Origin: Acidobacteriota bacterium
GTDB lineage: Bacteria > Acidobacteriota > UBA890 > WLXD01
Direction of reading: 5' to 3'
Assembly: GCA_963666055.2 (NCBI GenBank)
Contig: CAXWPH010000012.1
Location: 413,976 to 477,975 of the forward strand
DNA: 64,000 bases
The translations under genes and the position numbers were made by a program. Positions 1-9,681 of this stretch are shown here, in pieces. Under the pieces are notes generated by a model. That model was not told the origin of the DNA, made no database searches, and was given only the letters and a program-made list of their open reading frames with translations. Numbering within the stretch: the first letter of the stretch is position 1; each line of letters opens with the position of its first letter.

Positions 1-2
1 AT

Positions 3-278
3 ATCCTCTACGCGGCCGACGGCCTTTCGGGCACGCCAAGAACCGGCCCCCCCGACCCTTGGCGGAGCAACTTCGGGTGGGAGAAGGGGATCCGAATCGG
101 CGACCTCAAAGAGGAACAGGCTTGGGTCGTGCACTTCGTTCCCCAACACGACGCGGACGTCGGGCCGGGGCTCGAGTTCCTCGGCGTAGACTTCTCCGGC
201 AACATCTACGCTGGGGAAATCAACCGCGAGCGTCTGGTGAGATACGTGCCGTTCCGGCCGCTCAACGTGAAGAGGTAG
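3..278 (+). CDS. NHL-repeat/PAL-like beta-propeller protein, 3' end (5'-truncated by window edge)
   Basis: Frame 3 reads ILYAADGLSG...GWEKGIRIGDLK...GLEFLGVDFSGNIYAGEINRERLVRYVP..KR* (TAG 276-278). It aligns by eye with the C-terminus of 47912..48919 (VLYVADS...RGIRIGS...GAEGVAADAMGNVFGAEV..RTLVKYV). Not in the supplied ORF track. Confidence 0.8.
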   Translation: MLYAADGLSGTPRTGPPDPWRSNFGWEKGIRIGDLKEEQAWVVHFVPQHDADVGPGLEFLGVDFSGNIYAGEINRERLVRYVPFRPLNVKR

Positions 279-391
279 GGCGCGTCCAGCCGTCTCCGGA
301 GGGCAGCTTTTCTCCAAGGAGACCCGACCCATCGCGGAGGACAACTTGCTCGAGCAAGAAAAGCTCGGCTCAGGCGTCAATGTGTGGCGCT

Positions 392-883
392 TCAGCCGAA
401 CACGCTTGTCCGAAGTGCGGCGAAGAAACTGACGATTCGGTCGATTGCCGGATCGAAGATGCCACTCAGAATCATGGCCACAGCGATGAGGGTCAGGACG
501 ACGCCAACGATCGTACGGACCGTCTCCCTGGTATCGGCGGGCGGAGCATTACGAAACCACGTGATTCCATTGACCACCGAGTAGGGAACCAACGAGATGA
601 ACAACAGCGCCCAGGGTGCGATAAAGACACCATAGAGAACCTGGCGGACGGTATGCGGGATTTCGGCAAACGTATCGATTGCAGCGAATACCCAGAAGAA
701 GACGATCGCGCCCACGAGCCAGGGCATGAGTAAGGCTGCAGCCCAAGACATGAGTAGCGCCGCAACCCGTGATCCGTCTTTGTTGTCCTGGGCTGTGGTG
801 TCCGTACCCTCGGAGCGCGCAAGACCGCCGGCTTGATCCGCTGACCCTGGCTCGCGCTTGTTCCACCTATCCGCGTCCGACAT
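392..883 (-). CDS. hypothetical membrane protein (~3 TM segments)
   Basis: 163-aa ORF with three hydrophobic stretches and a purine-rich sequence upstream of the ATG. Confidence 0.55.
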   Translation of the reverse strand: MSDADRWNKREPGSADQAGGLARSEGTDTTAQDNKDGSRVAALLMSWAAALLMPWLVGAIVFFWVFAAIDTFAEIPHTVRQVLYGVFIAPWALLFISLVPYSVVNGITWFRNAPPADTRETVRTIVGVVLTLIAVAMILSGIFDPAIDRIVSFFAALRTSVFG

Positions 884-1059
884 CTTGGCCGGTCTCCCTT
901 GGCCGGGATCGTAGCCGATACTCTCCGATTAAGCCCAAGGACACGCCCTTCGCCTTGAGACCGTTCACGACAGTTGGCGCGGTAGACAAGCGCCTCACGA
1001 CGACCGCACAACCTCAGGGGTTACCCTGTTTACCATATTTGGTTGCGCTGCTCCCCTAG

Positions 1060-1223
1060 CAGGCCGTGGTGAAAGTGTGGTGGGCCTGGCGACAGGGTCT
1101 TGCGAGGCGCAGGCAAGGAGAGAGGAGGAGGCGATGGTTACCCCATCGTTGACGAGGAACGACGCAGCATACGCGCGCAACCCCCTGTCGCCCGATGGGT
1201 TACCACACTTTCACCACGGCCTG
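1060..1223. mobile_element. MITE-like element, 164 bp, 22-bp perfect terminal inverted repeats, CTAG target duplication
   Basis: CTAG(1056-1059)-CAGGCCGTGGTGAAAGTGTGGT...ACCACACTTTCACCACGGCCTG-CTAG(1224-1227); internal stems GGCGACAGGG/CCCTGTCGCC and GCGATGG/CCATCGT. Confidence 0.85.
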
Positions 1224-1420
1224 CTAGACAGTCTACCGGACAACTGACTGCTGTCTGTGGGGATGCGACCAGGTAAGGTCGCTAGACGGCTCGGTTGCAC
1301 GTCCTCTGAGCGCCACCTCCGGATGGTGCCCTACTGAACGACATCGGTGGCCGAGGGCCAGGTCTGGTCAGAGTCCTTGCAGAATGCGGTCTGAAGTTGT
1401 TTCCTAATAGTTAAGGGCGA

Positions 1421-2842
1421 TTGATACTAGGCGAGGCAGGTTTATCGAGGCTCGCTATGCCTGCACCACGCGCTGTGGCAGAAGCCAACCTCACGAACCG
1501 GTCCGATCCGGACCGCGCGTGCGGCGTGCGAAGTCTCGTCACAATACTCGCGCTGTGCTTCCTGGGCTCGGTAGCCGGTGGCTGCGCCAGACCGCCCCAG
1601 CGACCGAACATCGTGATATTGGACCTGGACACGCTACGAGCCGATCACCTCGGCTCCTACGGGTACAAGCGCGATACCACGCCGCACATAGATGCTTTGG
1701 CGGACCGTGGCAGCCTCTTCTTGCGGAACTACGCTCAGGCTGGTTGGACCGGACCATCCCAGACCTCGATCCTCACGTCGATGTACGCCTCGGTTCATAA
1801 GGTGATCGAACAGGGCCAGGTCCTGGACCCGAAAATTCCTCTGCTGGCAGAGGTATTGCAAAACAACGGCTACGCAACCGGCGCCTTCTCCCAGCTAATG
1901 GGTCACAGTTTCCGCAGAGGATTCGACGAGTACATCTGGCGTGACGGGGAATGGGAGACCGGCCCCGTCGATCCCGACCTCGAGTCGACGCTCAAGGAGA
2001 TGCAGGAATGGGTCGGCAGGCAGACCCAGCCATTCTTCCTATTCATGCACACCTATCAGGTACATCTCGGGTACAAGCCGCTGGAGAAATACAAACGGCG
2101 CTTCGTGGCGCCGTACTACGACGGGCCACTACTCGACCTCGACATCACGGAGAGCTTGATGTCGGAAATGAACTCGAGAGGAGAGACGACCGACGACGAT
2201 CGAGACTACGTGGTGGCGTTGTATGACGCCGAGTTGGCCCATCTCGACGACGTCATCGGACGGTTCCTGGAGTCGCTCGACAGGCTTGGGCTCAGCGACA
2301 ACACCATCGTGGTCGTCCTGTCGGATCATGGCGAGGAGTTCGGCGAGCGTGGCCACATGGCACGTCACGGGACTCTCTACAACGAGGTGCTTCGCACGCC
2401 GTTGATCATCGCCGGACCCGACGTGCCCGTGGGCCGCGAGTTCAATCAGCTGGTCCGCAACATCGATGTTGCCCCGACCCTGCTGAGCCTGGCCGGCGTC
2501 GAGATCCCGGAGGTCTGGCAGGGCACCAGCCTTGAGCCGATCTGGGCAGGTTCAGAGCAGGAGGCCCGGGAGGTATTCGCCGAGAATCCGAACTGGGACG
2601 ACGCGACCCTGATCATCGACCGCTTCAAGATCTTCGCCGACGGTCATCTCATCGACCTTCAGAAGGATCCCGGCGAGTTGGTCAACGTAGCGTCAGAACG
2701 ACCGATAAAGGGCCGACAGTTGTGGAACCGCCTGACCGCCATCCGCGAAGCCCTGTGGGAAAAGGCGGGCTACATCGCCGGCCCCGTGGAACTGAGCCAG
2801 GAAGAGCTCCGTCAGCTCAAGGCCCTGGGCTATTTGCAGTAG
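1421..2842 (+). CDS. sulfatase-fold (AlkP superfamily) hydrolase, probable lipoprotein, Thr at the nucleophile position; true start may be downstream
   Basis: PNIVILDLDTLRADHLG, WTGPSQTSILT, SDHGEEFGERG, C-terminal LKALGYL; signal-like segment ending VAGGC. Confidence 0.85.
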   Translation: MILGEAGLSRLAMPAPRAVAEANLTNRSDPDRACGVRSLVTILALCFLGSVAGGCARPPQRPNIVILDLDTLRADHLGSYGYKRDTTPHIDALADRGSLFLRNYAQAGWTGPSQTSILTSMYASVHKVIEQGQVLDPKIPLLAEVLQNNGYATGAFSQLMGHSFRRGFDEYIWRDGEWETGPVDPDLESTLKEMQEWVGRQTQPFFLFMHTYQVHLGYKPLEKYKRRFVAPYYDGPLLDLDITESLMSEMNSRGETTDDDRDYVVALYDAELAHLDDVIGRFLESLDRLGLSDNTIVVVLSDHGEEFGERGHMARHGTLYNEVLRTPLIIAGPDVPVGREFNQLVRNIDVAPTLLSLAGVEIPEVWQGTSLEPIWAGSEQEAREVFAENPNWDDATLIIDRFKIFADGHLIDLQKDPGELVNVASERPIKGRQLWNRLTAIREALWEKAGYIAGPVELSQEELRQLKALGYLQ

Positions 2843-2985
2843 GCACCCGGCACTTCCGCCGGCAGCGGCCTCATCGAGAGGTATCGAGTTCTGATATCTC
2901 ACGATGTGGTAGGTCTGACTCGCGAGCCGAGCGCCACCTTTGTAGACGGAGTTCACCTGATCGCTGGCGAAGACGCCGCCTTCGT

Positions 2986-3315
2986 TCAAGCCCGAGTGAC
3001 CTCCGTGATCCATTGGAGGTACGGATCAGATCCGGCCGTGATTGGAAGACAGATTACCTCTGGGACATCGTAGGAATGCTCAGATTGGAGGACGGTCTCA
3101 ATTTCATCATAGAGATCGCGACGGGTCTTGATCAGTATTAGAGTTTCCGGCTCATTGGCGATCGCGCCTTGCCAAACATAAAGACTATGGATGGGCAGAA
3201 TCTGAACACATGCCGCGAGGCCATGACCAAGTAATGAGGACGCAAGCGAGCGAGCTTGCTCTTGGTCGGACGCAGTGGTCATGACCACGCAGTAGTTTTG
3301 ATTTTGTTCAGGCAT
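2986..3315 (-). CDS. cutA: divalent-cation tolerance protein CutA
   Basis: LAACVQI..I.SLYVWQG...E.LILIKT...HSYDVPEVI.LPI..G...YL.W signature; GGAG RBS. Confidence 0.93.
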   Translation of the reverse strand: MPEQNQNYCVVMTTASDQEQARSLASSLLGHGLAACVQILPIHSLYVWQGAIANEPETLILIKTRRDLYDEIETVLQSEHSYDVPEVICLPITAGSDPYLQWITEVTRA

Positions 3316-3751
3316 AGCGTTGTCTACTCCTGGTTCGAGGGCAGCAGCGTCATTCTGGACGAGAATCCCTCGTCTGTGCCGGCCGAAGTGGGAGAGGCCC
3401 GTCAGGCACCACGACGCACACTGTGGCTATCATCGACGGTACCGGCCTCCGGATTAGTTGTGCGGCTGGCGATATGGTCCCAGGCCGCGAGCCGCCATCT
3501 CTGCCAACGCTTCAGGCGGAGCAACGTGTTCGCCCAAATGGCGCGGCCACGCTGGCGCCTGTCATGCTCGGGCTTCTCGAAGCGATCCCGCTGCGGTTCT
3601 GTTTCGGCCGTCAGTGGATCCGGCACCGACCCGTCAACTGCCCACCGGCCGGTCTCTCGATCGAACTTCACGGCTCCGGTAGTTTGCTTGCTACGCACGT
3701 TGGATCGCGAGATCAGGCGGAAGTGCCTCACGCCCGTCTCGGCAACGAGAG

Positions 3752-3821
3752 TTCGAAAAATCGTGGGGAATCGAAGCCAGCAAGGACGCCTCCCGACGCC
3801 CCCCAACGGATTTGAAGTCCG
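3752..3821 (-). pseudogene. degenerate 3' half of tRNA-Sec (selC), probable att-site remnant
   Basis: Minus strand reads CGGA-CTTCAAA-TCCG (UCA anticodon), a long variable arm GGGGGCGTC-GGGA-GGCGTCCTT and a TTCGATT T-loop. No recognisable D arm or 5' acceptor strand, no CCA. Confidence 0.65.
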
Positions 3822-4273
3822 AATCCGGGGATTCCGCGCAAGTCGCTGAAGAACAAGAACTTAACTCAACTCCAAGCGACTCAACCACTTCCGACCAGGG
3901 GGACTAGGTGTGCCCTTTGGACTGAATGGATGCTTCAGCACCAGAAGCGGCTACGGTAGCGGCTACCGTTCGCCGGCTCGGCGGTTCACACCTCAGAGGA
4001 GACCATCCAGCCGCTCGCCGGGCACGTCAACCTGGGCGCACCACGCACGTGTCTTCTTGCAGCGGTAGGCCGGACGATTCGGCTGTTCCAGGGATCCAAG
4101 AATAGCCCTCGTTTCGGAGCCATTTGGAGCCGGTCGGTGGTGGTTCCCGTAACCCTAAATAGGTAGAACAAGCTGATTCTCGCCCGTTTGGACGTCGCGG
4201 CCCGACCGAGAACGCCCGAGATTCAAGGGTTTCCGGTCCACGGATCACACCCGCCTCCTCGGATTCCGCTTTC

Positions 4274-4287
4274 AACTTGACAGTACC
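4274..4287. repeat. isolated IS6-family terminal IR
   Basis: AACTTGACAGTACC, identical to the IS6 ends at 6760 and 6786 and reverse complement of 21968-21981. Confidence 0.8.
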
Positions 4288-4288
4288 G

Positions 4289-4787
4289 ACCTACATCCCA
4301 CTGCAGCGAGGCTTTCTGTACCTGGTTGCGGTGATGGACTGGGCGAGCCGCAAGGTGCTGTCTTGGCGCCTGTCCAACACGCTCGATGCGACCTTCTGCG
4401 TCGAGGCCTTGCAAGAGGCTCTCGAGCACTACGGTGCGCCCGAGATCTTCAACACGGATCAGGGTAGCCAGTTCACCAGCCTCGACTTCACCGGCGTCCT
4501 CAAGGAGGCTGGCATTCGCATCTCGATGGACGGCAAGGGCCGCTGGATGGACAACGTGTTCATCGAGCGGGCTGTGGCGATCGCTGAAGTACGAGCAGGT
4601 CTATTTGTCGGAGTACGCGACCGGCTCCGAGGCCCGCGCCGGGATCGGCTGGTGGATCGACTTCTACAACGAGCGGAGACCGCACTCGTCGCTCAACGAC
4701 CGGACGCCCGACGAGGCGTACACTGACGACACGGCTGACAGGAGCCGGGGGCTACGCCCCGTCTCCTGTCAGCCCAAGGCAGCTTGA
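4289..4787 (+). pseudogene. IS3-family transposase OrfB, 5'-truncated and frameshifted (~4570)
   Basis: TYIP..GFLYLVAVMDWASRKVLSWRLSNT, FNTDQGSQFTS, ISMDGKGRWMDN; continues in another frame as LWRSLKYE..YNERRPHSSL. Confidence 0.9.
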
Positions 4788-4812
4788 ATCATGAACCCGG
4801 ATTCCACCTTAA

Positions 4813-5981
4813 GGAACCTCTGATCAATTCGGGTTCGATGGGATAATGCACGCGGATCCGATCACGCCGCCAGAGGGAGAAGGGAATGCGCCAGCAGACG
4901 CTTGCCGAAGGGTCCTTTGAGCAGTACCGGAAGGTGACCCGCCGGGAGCGGTTCCTGGCAGAGATGGATCAGGTGGTGCCGTGGGCCCAGCTGTGCGCTT
5001 TGATCGAGCCGGTGTATCCGAAGCCGAAGGGAGCGGGACGGCGCCCAGTCGGGCTGGAGAGGATGCTGCGCATCTACTTCATGCAGCAGTGGTTCAACCT
5101 GTCGGACCCGGGGGTGGAGGAGGCGCTGTACGACTCGCGGGCGATGCGTGCCTTCGTGGGGATCGATCTGGGACGGGAGCCGGCGCCGGACGAGACGACG
5201 GTGTGCAAGTTCCGGCACCTTCTGGAGACCCACGAGCTGGGCGTGCAGGTGTTCCACATCGTTGCCGAGCACCTGCAGGGGCGGGGGCTGAAGGTCAGCA
5301 CGGGCACCATCGTCGACGCGACGATCATCACCGCCCCGTCATCGACCAAGAACAAGGCCAAGCAGCGGGATCCGGAGATGCGCTCGACCAAGAAGGGCAA
5401 CCAATGGTACTTCGGGATGAAGGGACACTTCGGTGTGGACAGCAAATCCAAGCTCATTCACTCGGTCGTGGCCACCGCCGCCAATGTCCATGACAGCCAG
5501 GTGCTAGAGGATCTGCTGCATGGGCAGGAGACGCGGGTGTGGGGAGACAGCGCTTATACGGGCCGACGGGAGGTCATTGTCCGGTGTGCTCCCGGTGCCA
5601 AGGACTTCACCAACAAGAAAGGGCACCGTCACCGGCCACTGACCGAGCGAGACCGAGCTCGAAACCGCACCAAGTCGAAGGTGCGGGCCAAAGTCGAGCA
5701 CCCGATGCTGGTGATCAAGCGCATCTTCGGCTTCAGAAAGGTCCGATACCGAGGGCTCCACAAGAACGCGCACCGGCTCTTCGTGACCTGCGCGTTGGCC
5801 AACCTATTCATGGCACGCAAGGTGCTGCTCGCGCACACCTGAAACAGGCACCCTGAGAGGCCGCCGTCGCGGTTGAACCCGTCGGCAGCAGCTCGGAGGG
5901 CGACTGCATTCCCACCCTCATGCCGACCAGTTCCTCCAATCAGGCTCCATCCTGACTGACGGCCAATTGATCAGACCTTCC
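4813..5981 (+). mobile_element. IS5-family insertion sequence (1169 bp), TTAA on both sides
   Basis: IRL GGAACCTCTGATCAATT, IRR AATTGATCAGACCTTCC (15/17 match); TTAA at 4809-4812 and 5982-5985. Confidence 0.93.
4886..5842 (+). CDS. IS5-family transposase (intact, 318 aa)
   Basis: MLRIYFMQQWFNLSDP, PDETT, IVDATII, GMKGH.GVD, WGDSAY, RAKVEHP, KVRYRGL.KN. Confidence 0.96.
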   Translation: MRQQTLAEGSFEQYRKVTRRERFLAEMDQVVPWAQLCALIEPVYPKPKGAGRRPVGLERMLRIYFMQQWFNLSDPGVEEALYDSRAMRAFVGIDLGREPAPDETTVCKFRHLLETHELGVQVFHIVAEHLQGRGLKVSTGTIVDATIITAPSSTKNKAKQRDPEMRSTKKGNQWYFGMKGHFGVDSKSKLIHSVVATAANVHDSQVLEDLLHGQETRVWGDSAYTGRREVIVRCAPGAKDFTNKKGHRHRPLTERDRARNRTKSKVRAKVEHPMLVIKRIFGFRKVRYRGLHKNAHRLFVTCALANLFMARKVLLAHT

Positions 5982-6773
5982 TTAACCCGCAGGCTGGCAC
6001 AGTTCGGCGATGAGGAACGACCGGCAGCGCTACCATCGACATCCCGTTCCGCCAGAGATCATCAGCCACGCCGTGTGGCTATATCACCGCTTCTGCCTGA
6101 GCTTGCGCGACGTCGAGGATCTCTTGGCGCAGCGAGGAGTGACCGTTTCGCATGAAGCGATCCGGTGTTGGTGCGCCAAGTTCGGGACCATCTACGCGGC
6201 CAAGCTACGGCGGCGGCAAGGTCGACTCGGCGACACCTGGTTATTGGACGAGGTCTTCGTAAGCATCAGCGGCCAGCGGCACTACCTGTGGCGTGCCGTT
6301 GACCAGGCTGGTGATCTTCTCGATATCCTGCTCCAACGCCGACGAAACGCCCGCGCTGCAAGGCGATTCTTTCGCAAGCTGCTGGAGGGGCAAGGGACGG
6401 TGCCGCGGCGGTTGGTCACCGACAAGCTCCGAAGCTACGCTGCAGCCCACCGCTCGGTCATGCCGTCAGTCGTTCACGAGACCAGGCGCTATGCGAACAA
6501 CCTAGCGGAGGTGTCGCACCAACCAAGTCGTCAACGCGAGAGACAGATGCGCAGATTCAAGTCCGTGGCTCACGCATAGCGGTTTCTGTCCGTGCACGGG
6601 GCCGTCCGGAATCTCTTCAACTTGAGCCGACACCGACTACGATCCGCGAACTACCGGGTGCTTCGGACTCGCGCCTTTGGAACCTGGAGCGAGGTAGTTG
6701 CCGCCTAAGGCGACCCGGCTCCAGGCCGCACCTTGCCCGAATCCGAGCGTCGCGTCATTAACTTGACAGTACC
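5982..6773 (+). mobile_element. IS6-family element, left IR truncated at the IS5 junction
   Basis: Leader matches the IS6 copy at 21968; right IR AACTTGACAGTACC at 6760-6773, with a second IR copy at 6786-6799. Confidence 0.85.
6010..6708 (+). pseudogene. IS6-family transposase with premature TAG at 6577-6579
   Basis: AVWLYHRF.LSLRDVE, LDEVFV, YLWRAVD, VTDKLRSY, NN.AE.SHQP.RQRER.MRRFKS; the frame continues past the stop as RFLSVHGAVRNLF...TWSEVVAA*. Confidence 0.9.
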
Positions 6774-6819
6774 TGTTGCGAGGTTAACTTGACAGTACCC
6801 TTCATGACGCAGTCGTGAC

Positions 6820-8812
6820 CTAGGTCCTCTCCGCCCACGGATACTGGAATTCAGGTCGAATGACGTCGGTCAACAGCTCGTGGACGGCTCGATGGGCTTG
6901 GTCAAACGCCGCCTGCGTGAGCGAGATCGCCGCGGCATCTGAGTTCGCGATCGCGATGCGCCCGAACCTCTGGCGCCCAACGACCCACGGGGCCTCGTCG
7001 TAGCCCCAGTCCGGGTCGTAAAGATCGTTGGCTCCCCCGGCGTAGCCGTGCGGCCAGCGGCCGACGGTGATGCCGGCGATATCGCGTGCCGGATCGAAAC
7101 CGCCCTCGCCCAGGGCACGGCCGAGCTGGTCGCGGATGTTGCGCTCGAAGGTCTCGAACGGGGTCGCCAGCAGCTCCTCGCGCCCGGCGCGGAACTGGTC
7201 GCGGGCCGACAACCCCGGCCGGTTCGGGGCGCGTTGCAACCACAGCAAGATCGGCTCCTCCGGAGACGCCGAGTGGCGATAGTCCCCCAGGTTCACGCCC
7301 CAATCCAGATCGATGAACTCGCAGAACCCACCCGGGGTGTGGATGTCTTGAACTCCAAGATTCTGGAAGGCAGTCCAGTTGCGGATCGCGACCTGTGTGT
7401 AGACGTACGGCTTGCGCACGGCCATTCGCAGCGCCTCGGCCTGCTCGGTTGGCAGTTCCGGGCACAGGAACGGAATTATGGCGTTGTAGCAGGCCATGAC
7501 ACACGTATCGGCGGCCACCGAAAGCGCCTTGCCGTCCTGCACGTACGTCACCGTTACGCCCGACGAACCGCGACGCTCACCCACGTGTCGCACACCGACA
7601 ACGGTGGAGTTCAGGCGGATTCGCACCGGGCTCGTCGGAAGGTCGAGTTGCGAATAGCGCACCGGCGTGGTCACCGAGTCGTGCATCGTGCTCCCGGGCA
7701 GCGCCGACGGGATGAGCCAGCGCACCAAGAGGCGCGCCACCCCGGCGTTGCCGTCGGGAAAGTGGAGTCCGTGGAAGGGGTTGCTCTCCGTCCCGGCGTT
7801 TCGCGGGGGCCGCGGCAGGCCGAGTCCCTGGAAGCCGGGAAACGTATCCTCGCGAAACGCGCCCCAGGAGCTGTACGAATCGATGCCCGCCGCTCCGTTC
7901 GCGTCGCCCCGCTGCCGCAGGTAAGGGATCACATCCTCACTCACGCCCACTACGTTCAAGACGTAGTCCTGATAGCTCATCTTCCGCAGACGATCGACCT
8001 TCTGCTCCACTGTGAGCTCCGGCAGGTAGTCGGTTTCATCGGCGAACAGCGTCAGGATGCCGCGCTTGGCGTCGTCCGAAAGCGGCGTCCTGGACAGGTA
8101 CTCCGTCCACCGCTGGCGCCCTTTTTCGCCGATCACACCACTGGAGAAGGAGCCCCAGGGCTCGCCAACGACGAGTCGATCTTCACCGAACACTTCGCGG
8201 GTGAAGAACACTGCCGACTGGAGGCCCAGTTCGTCATACAGGCTGCCGGAGCTGCCGCGTGGCAGGTTCGCAGCGTCGAGACCGATGTCCTCAAGCAGCG
8301 ACACGCCTGCCGGGGGGTAGTGGCCGTCGATGAACTGGGTTCCGCCGTAGCCGATCAGCTGTCGGCCGTCGACATCGAACTCCACGCGCTTCGCATGCCC
8401 GCCGAAGTCGTCGTGGTTGTCGAGGATCAGTACGGAGGCGTCGGGGAGCGCTTTGCGGAAGTAGTAGGCGGCGGCAAGGCCGCTCAGTCCGCCGCCGACG
8501 ATGACCAGGTCGTAGTGCTCGCCCGAATCCGCCGCCTCGTCCCAAGGTCTTCCCGTATCGCATCTCGTGGGCGACCTCGAAGGACCCGTCGTGGCTTCCC
8601 CGCATGCCCGTCAGCTTCGGCGGATAGTACGCATCGTCAGATGGGGAGGCATCCTGGTGTAACCCGCCCCCCGCTATCGCCGGGCTGTACTCCTGGGTCG
8701 CTCCCAACGCACCGATGGAATCAACGCCGCCCACTGCAACGCTTGCCCCGTTGAGAAAGTCGCGACGGGTGATCTCGCGGTTCATACCCAGTTCGCGGTC
8801 GCTTTTCTTCAC
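6820..8812 (-). pseudogene. spermidine-dehydrogenase-like FAD oxidoreductase (Tat leader), +1 frameshift near 8546 (decay or sequencing error)
   Basis: ORFs 8291..8812 (MKKSDRELGM..ITRRDFLNG..YYPPKLTGMRGSH) and 6820..8385 (HFPDGNA, RWPHGYA) join. It has AAGACCTTGGGAC where the paralogs have AAGACCTGGGAC. Confidence 0.85.
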
Positions 8813-9171
8813 GATTCGTTCCCTCGGTTGGTGTTGCTCGGCCGATCAGTACGGGTAGTTCCCCTCCGACCTGACATCGCTTCTGGGAAGCTCATCGGCA
8901 AGTCACGCTCGAGTACCGGCAAGCACATCTTCTTACATTGACCGGCTGGTCCGCACATGCGTTCTTCATCTCACACGTCCGGCTGGCGAAATACTCAGGT
9001 AAACAGAACTGAACTGCGATGGCGGAGAGCTGCCCCGGCGGGCGAAAGCCCCGCAGTATTGACTGTGGCACTGACCTGGTTACTGGCCGATCCTCCAGCA
9101 CATCTCCTGTGGAACCCCGAAAGCTCCGGCGATAGGCTTCATGTGCTCACCCGCCCTACTTCGGGAGCGCA

Positions 9172-9507
9172 ATGGAACCCGGCACCAAACTAGGCCCCTA
9201 CGAGATCACCGCGCAGCTCGGTGCTGGCGGGATGGGCGAAGTGTACCTGGCACAGGACACCCGCCTGGGCCGCAAGGTGGCCATCAAGGTGCTGCCCGCC
9301 GAGTTTGCCTCTGACCCTGAACGCCTGGCCCGCTTCGAGCAAAAGGCCCGCGCTGCCGCCGCCCTGAACCACCCGCACATCGCAGCCGTTCACGACATAG
9401 GCACCGAGGACGGCACCCACTTCATGGTGCAGGAGTACCTGGAGGGAGACGCTCCGGGAGCCGCTGGGCAAGGGTGCACTGCCGCTCAAGAAGGCGCTCG
9501 GATTGGC
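9172..9507 (+). pseudogene. Hanks-type Ser/Thr protein kinase, N-lobe fragment
   Basis: [31 protein letters not shown]...LNHPHI; frameshift after YLEG; no HRD or DFG motif. Confidence 0.88.
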
Positions 9508-9630
9508 CACCACCCTCGCCTCTACGGCAAGTTCCCCCGCGTATTGGGATACTAGGTGCGCGATCAGCCGCTGCGGTCCCTGGCGGACGCGATCCGCAAG
9601 ATGACCTCGCTGCCGGCGCAGGTTCTGCGG
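9508..9630 (+). pseudogene. fragment of N-acyl-D-amino-acid deacylase-type amidohydrolase
   Basis: [19 protein letters not shown]...LADAIRKMTSLPAQVL matches the HPR.YG.FPR.LG...EAIRKMTSLPA motif. Confidence 0.7.
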
Positions 9631-9681
9631 CGGCGAGACAACTTCATAGTGATCACAAGATGGCTCACCGGAGCGGGTTCC

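Noticed and set aside
3256-3849. Overlapping ORFs of 130-197 aa on both strands
   Set aside because: No recognisable motif or clear RBS; they overlap cutA and the tRNA fragment
3752-3850. Intact tRNA-Sec gene
   Set aside because: No D arm or 5' acceptor strand, mismatched T stem, no CCA; kept only as a fragment
7048-8754. 568-aa + strand ORF, and similar long antisense ORFs (36485..37762, 46608..47693, 40000..41022, 16689..17555)
   Set aside because: Antisense shadows of recognisable genes in GC-rich DNA; no motifs of their own
9028-9060. GCGGGCGAAAGCCCCGC GNRA hairpin as a riboswitch
   Set aside because: Isolated stem lacking other conserved elements of c-di-GMP or other known riboswitches
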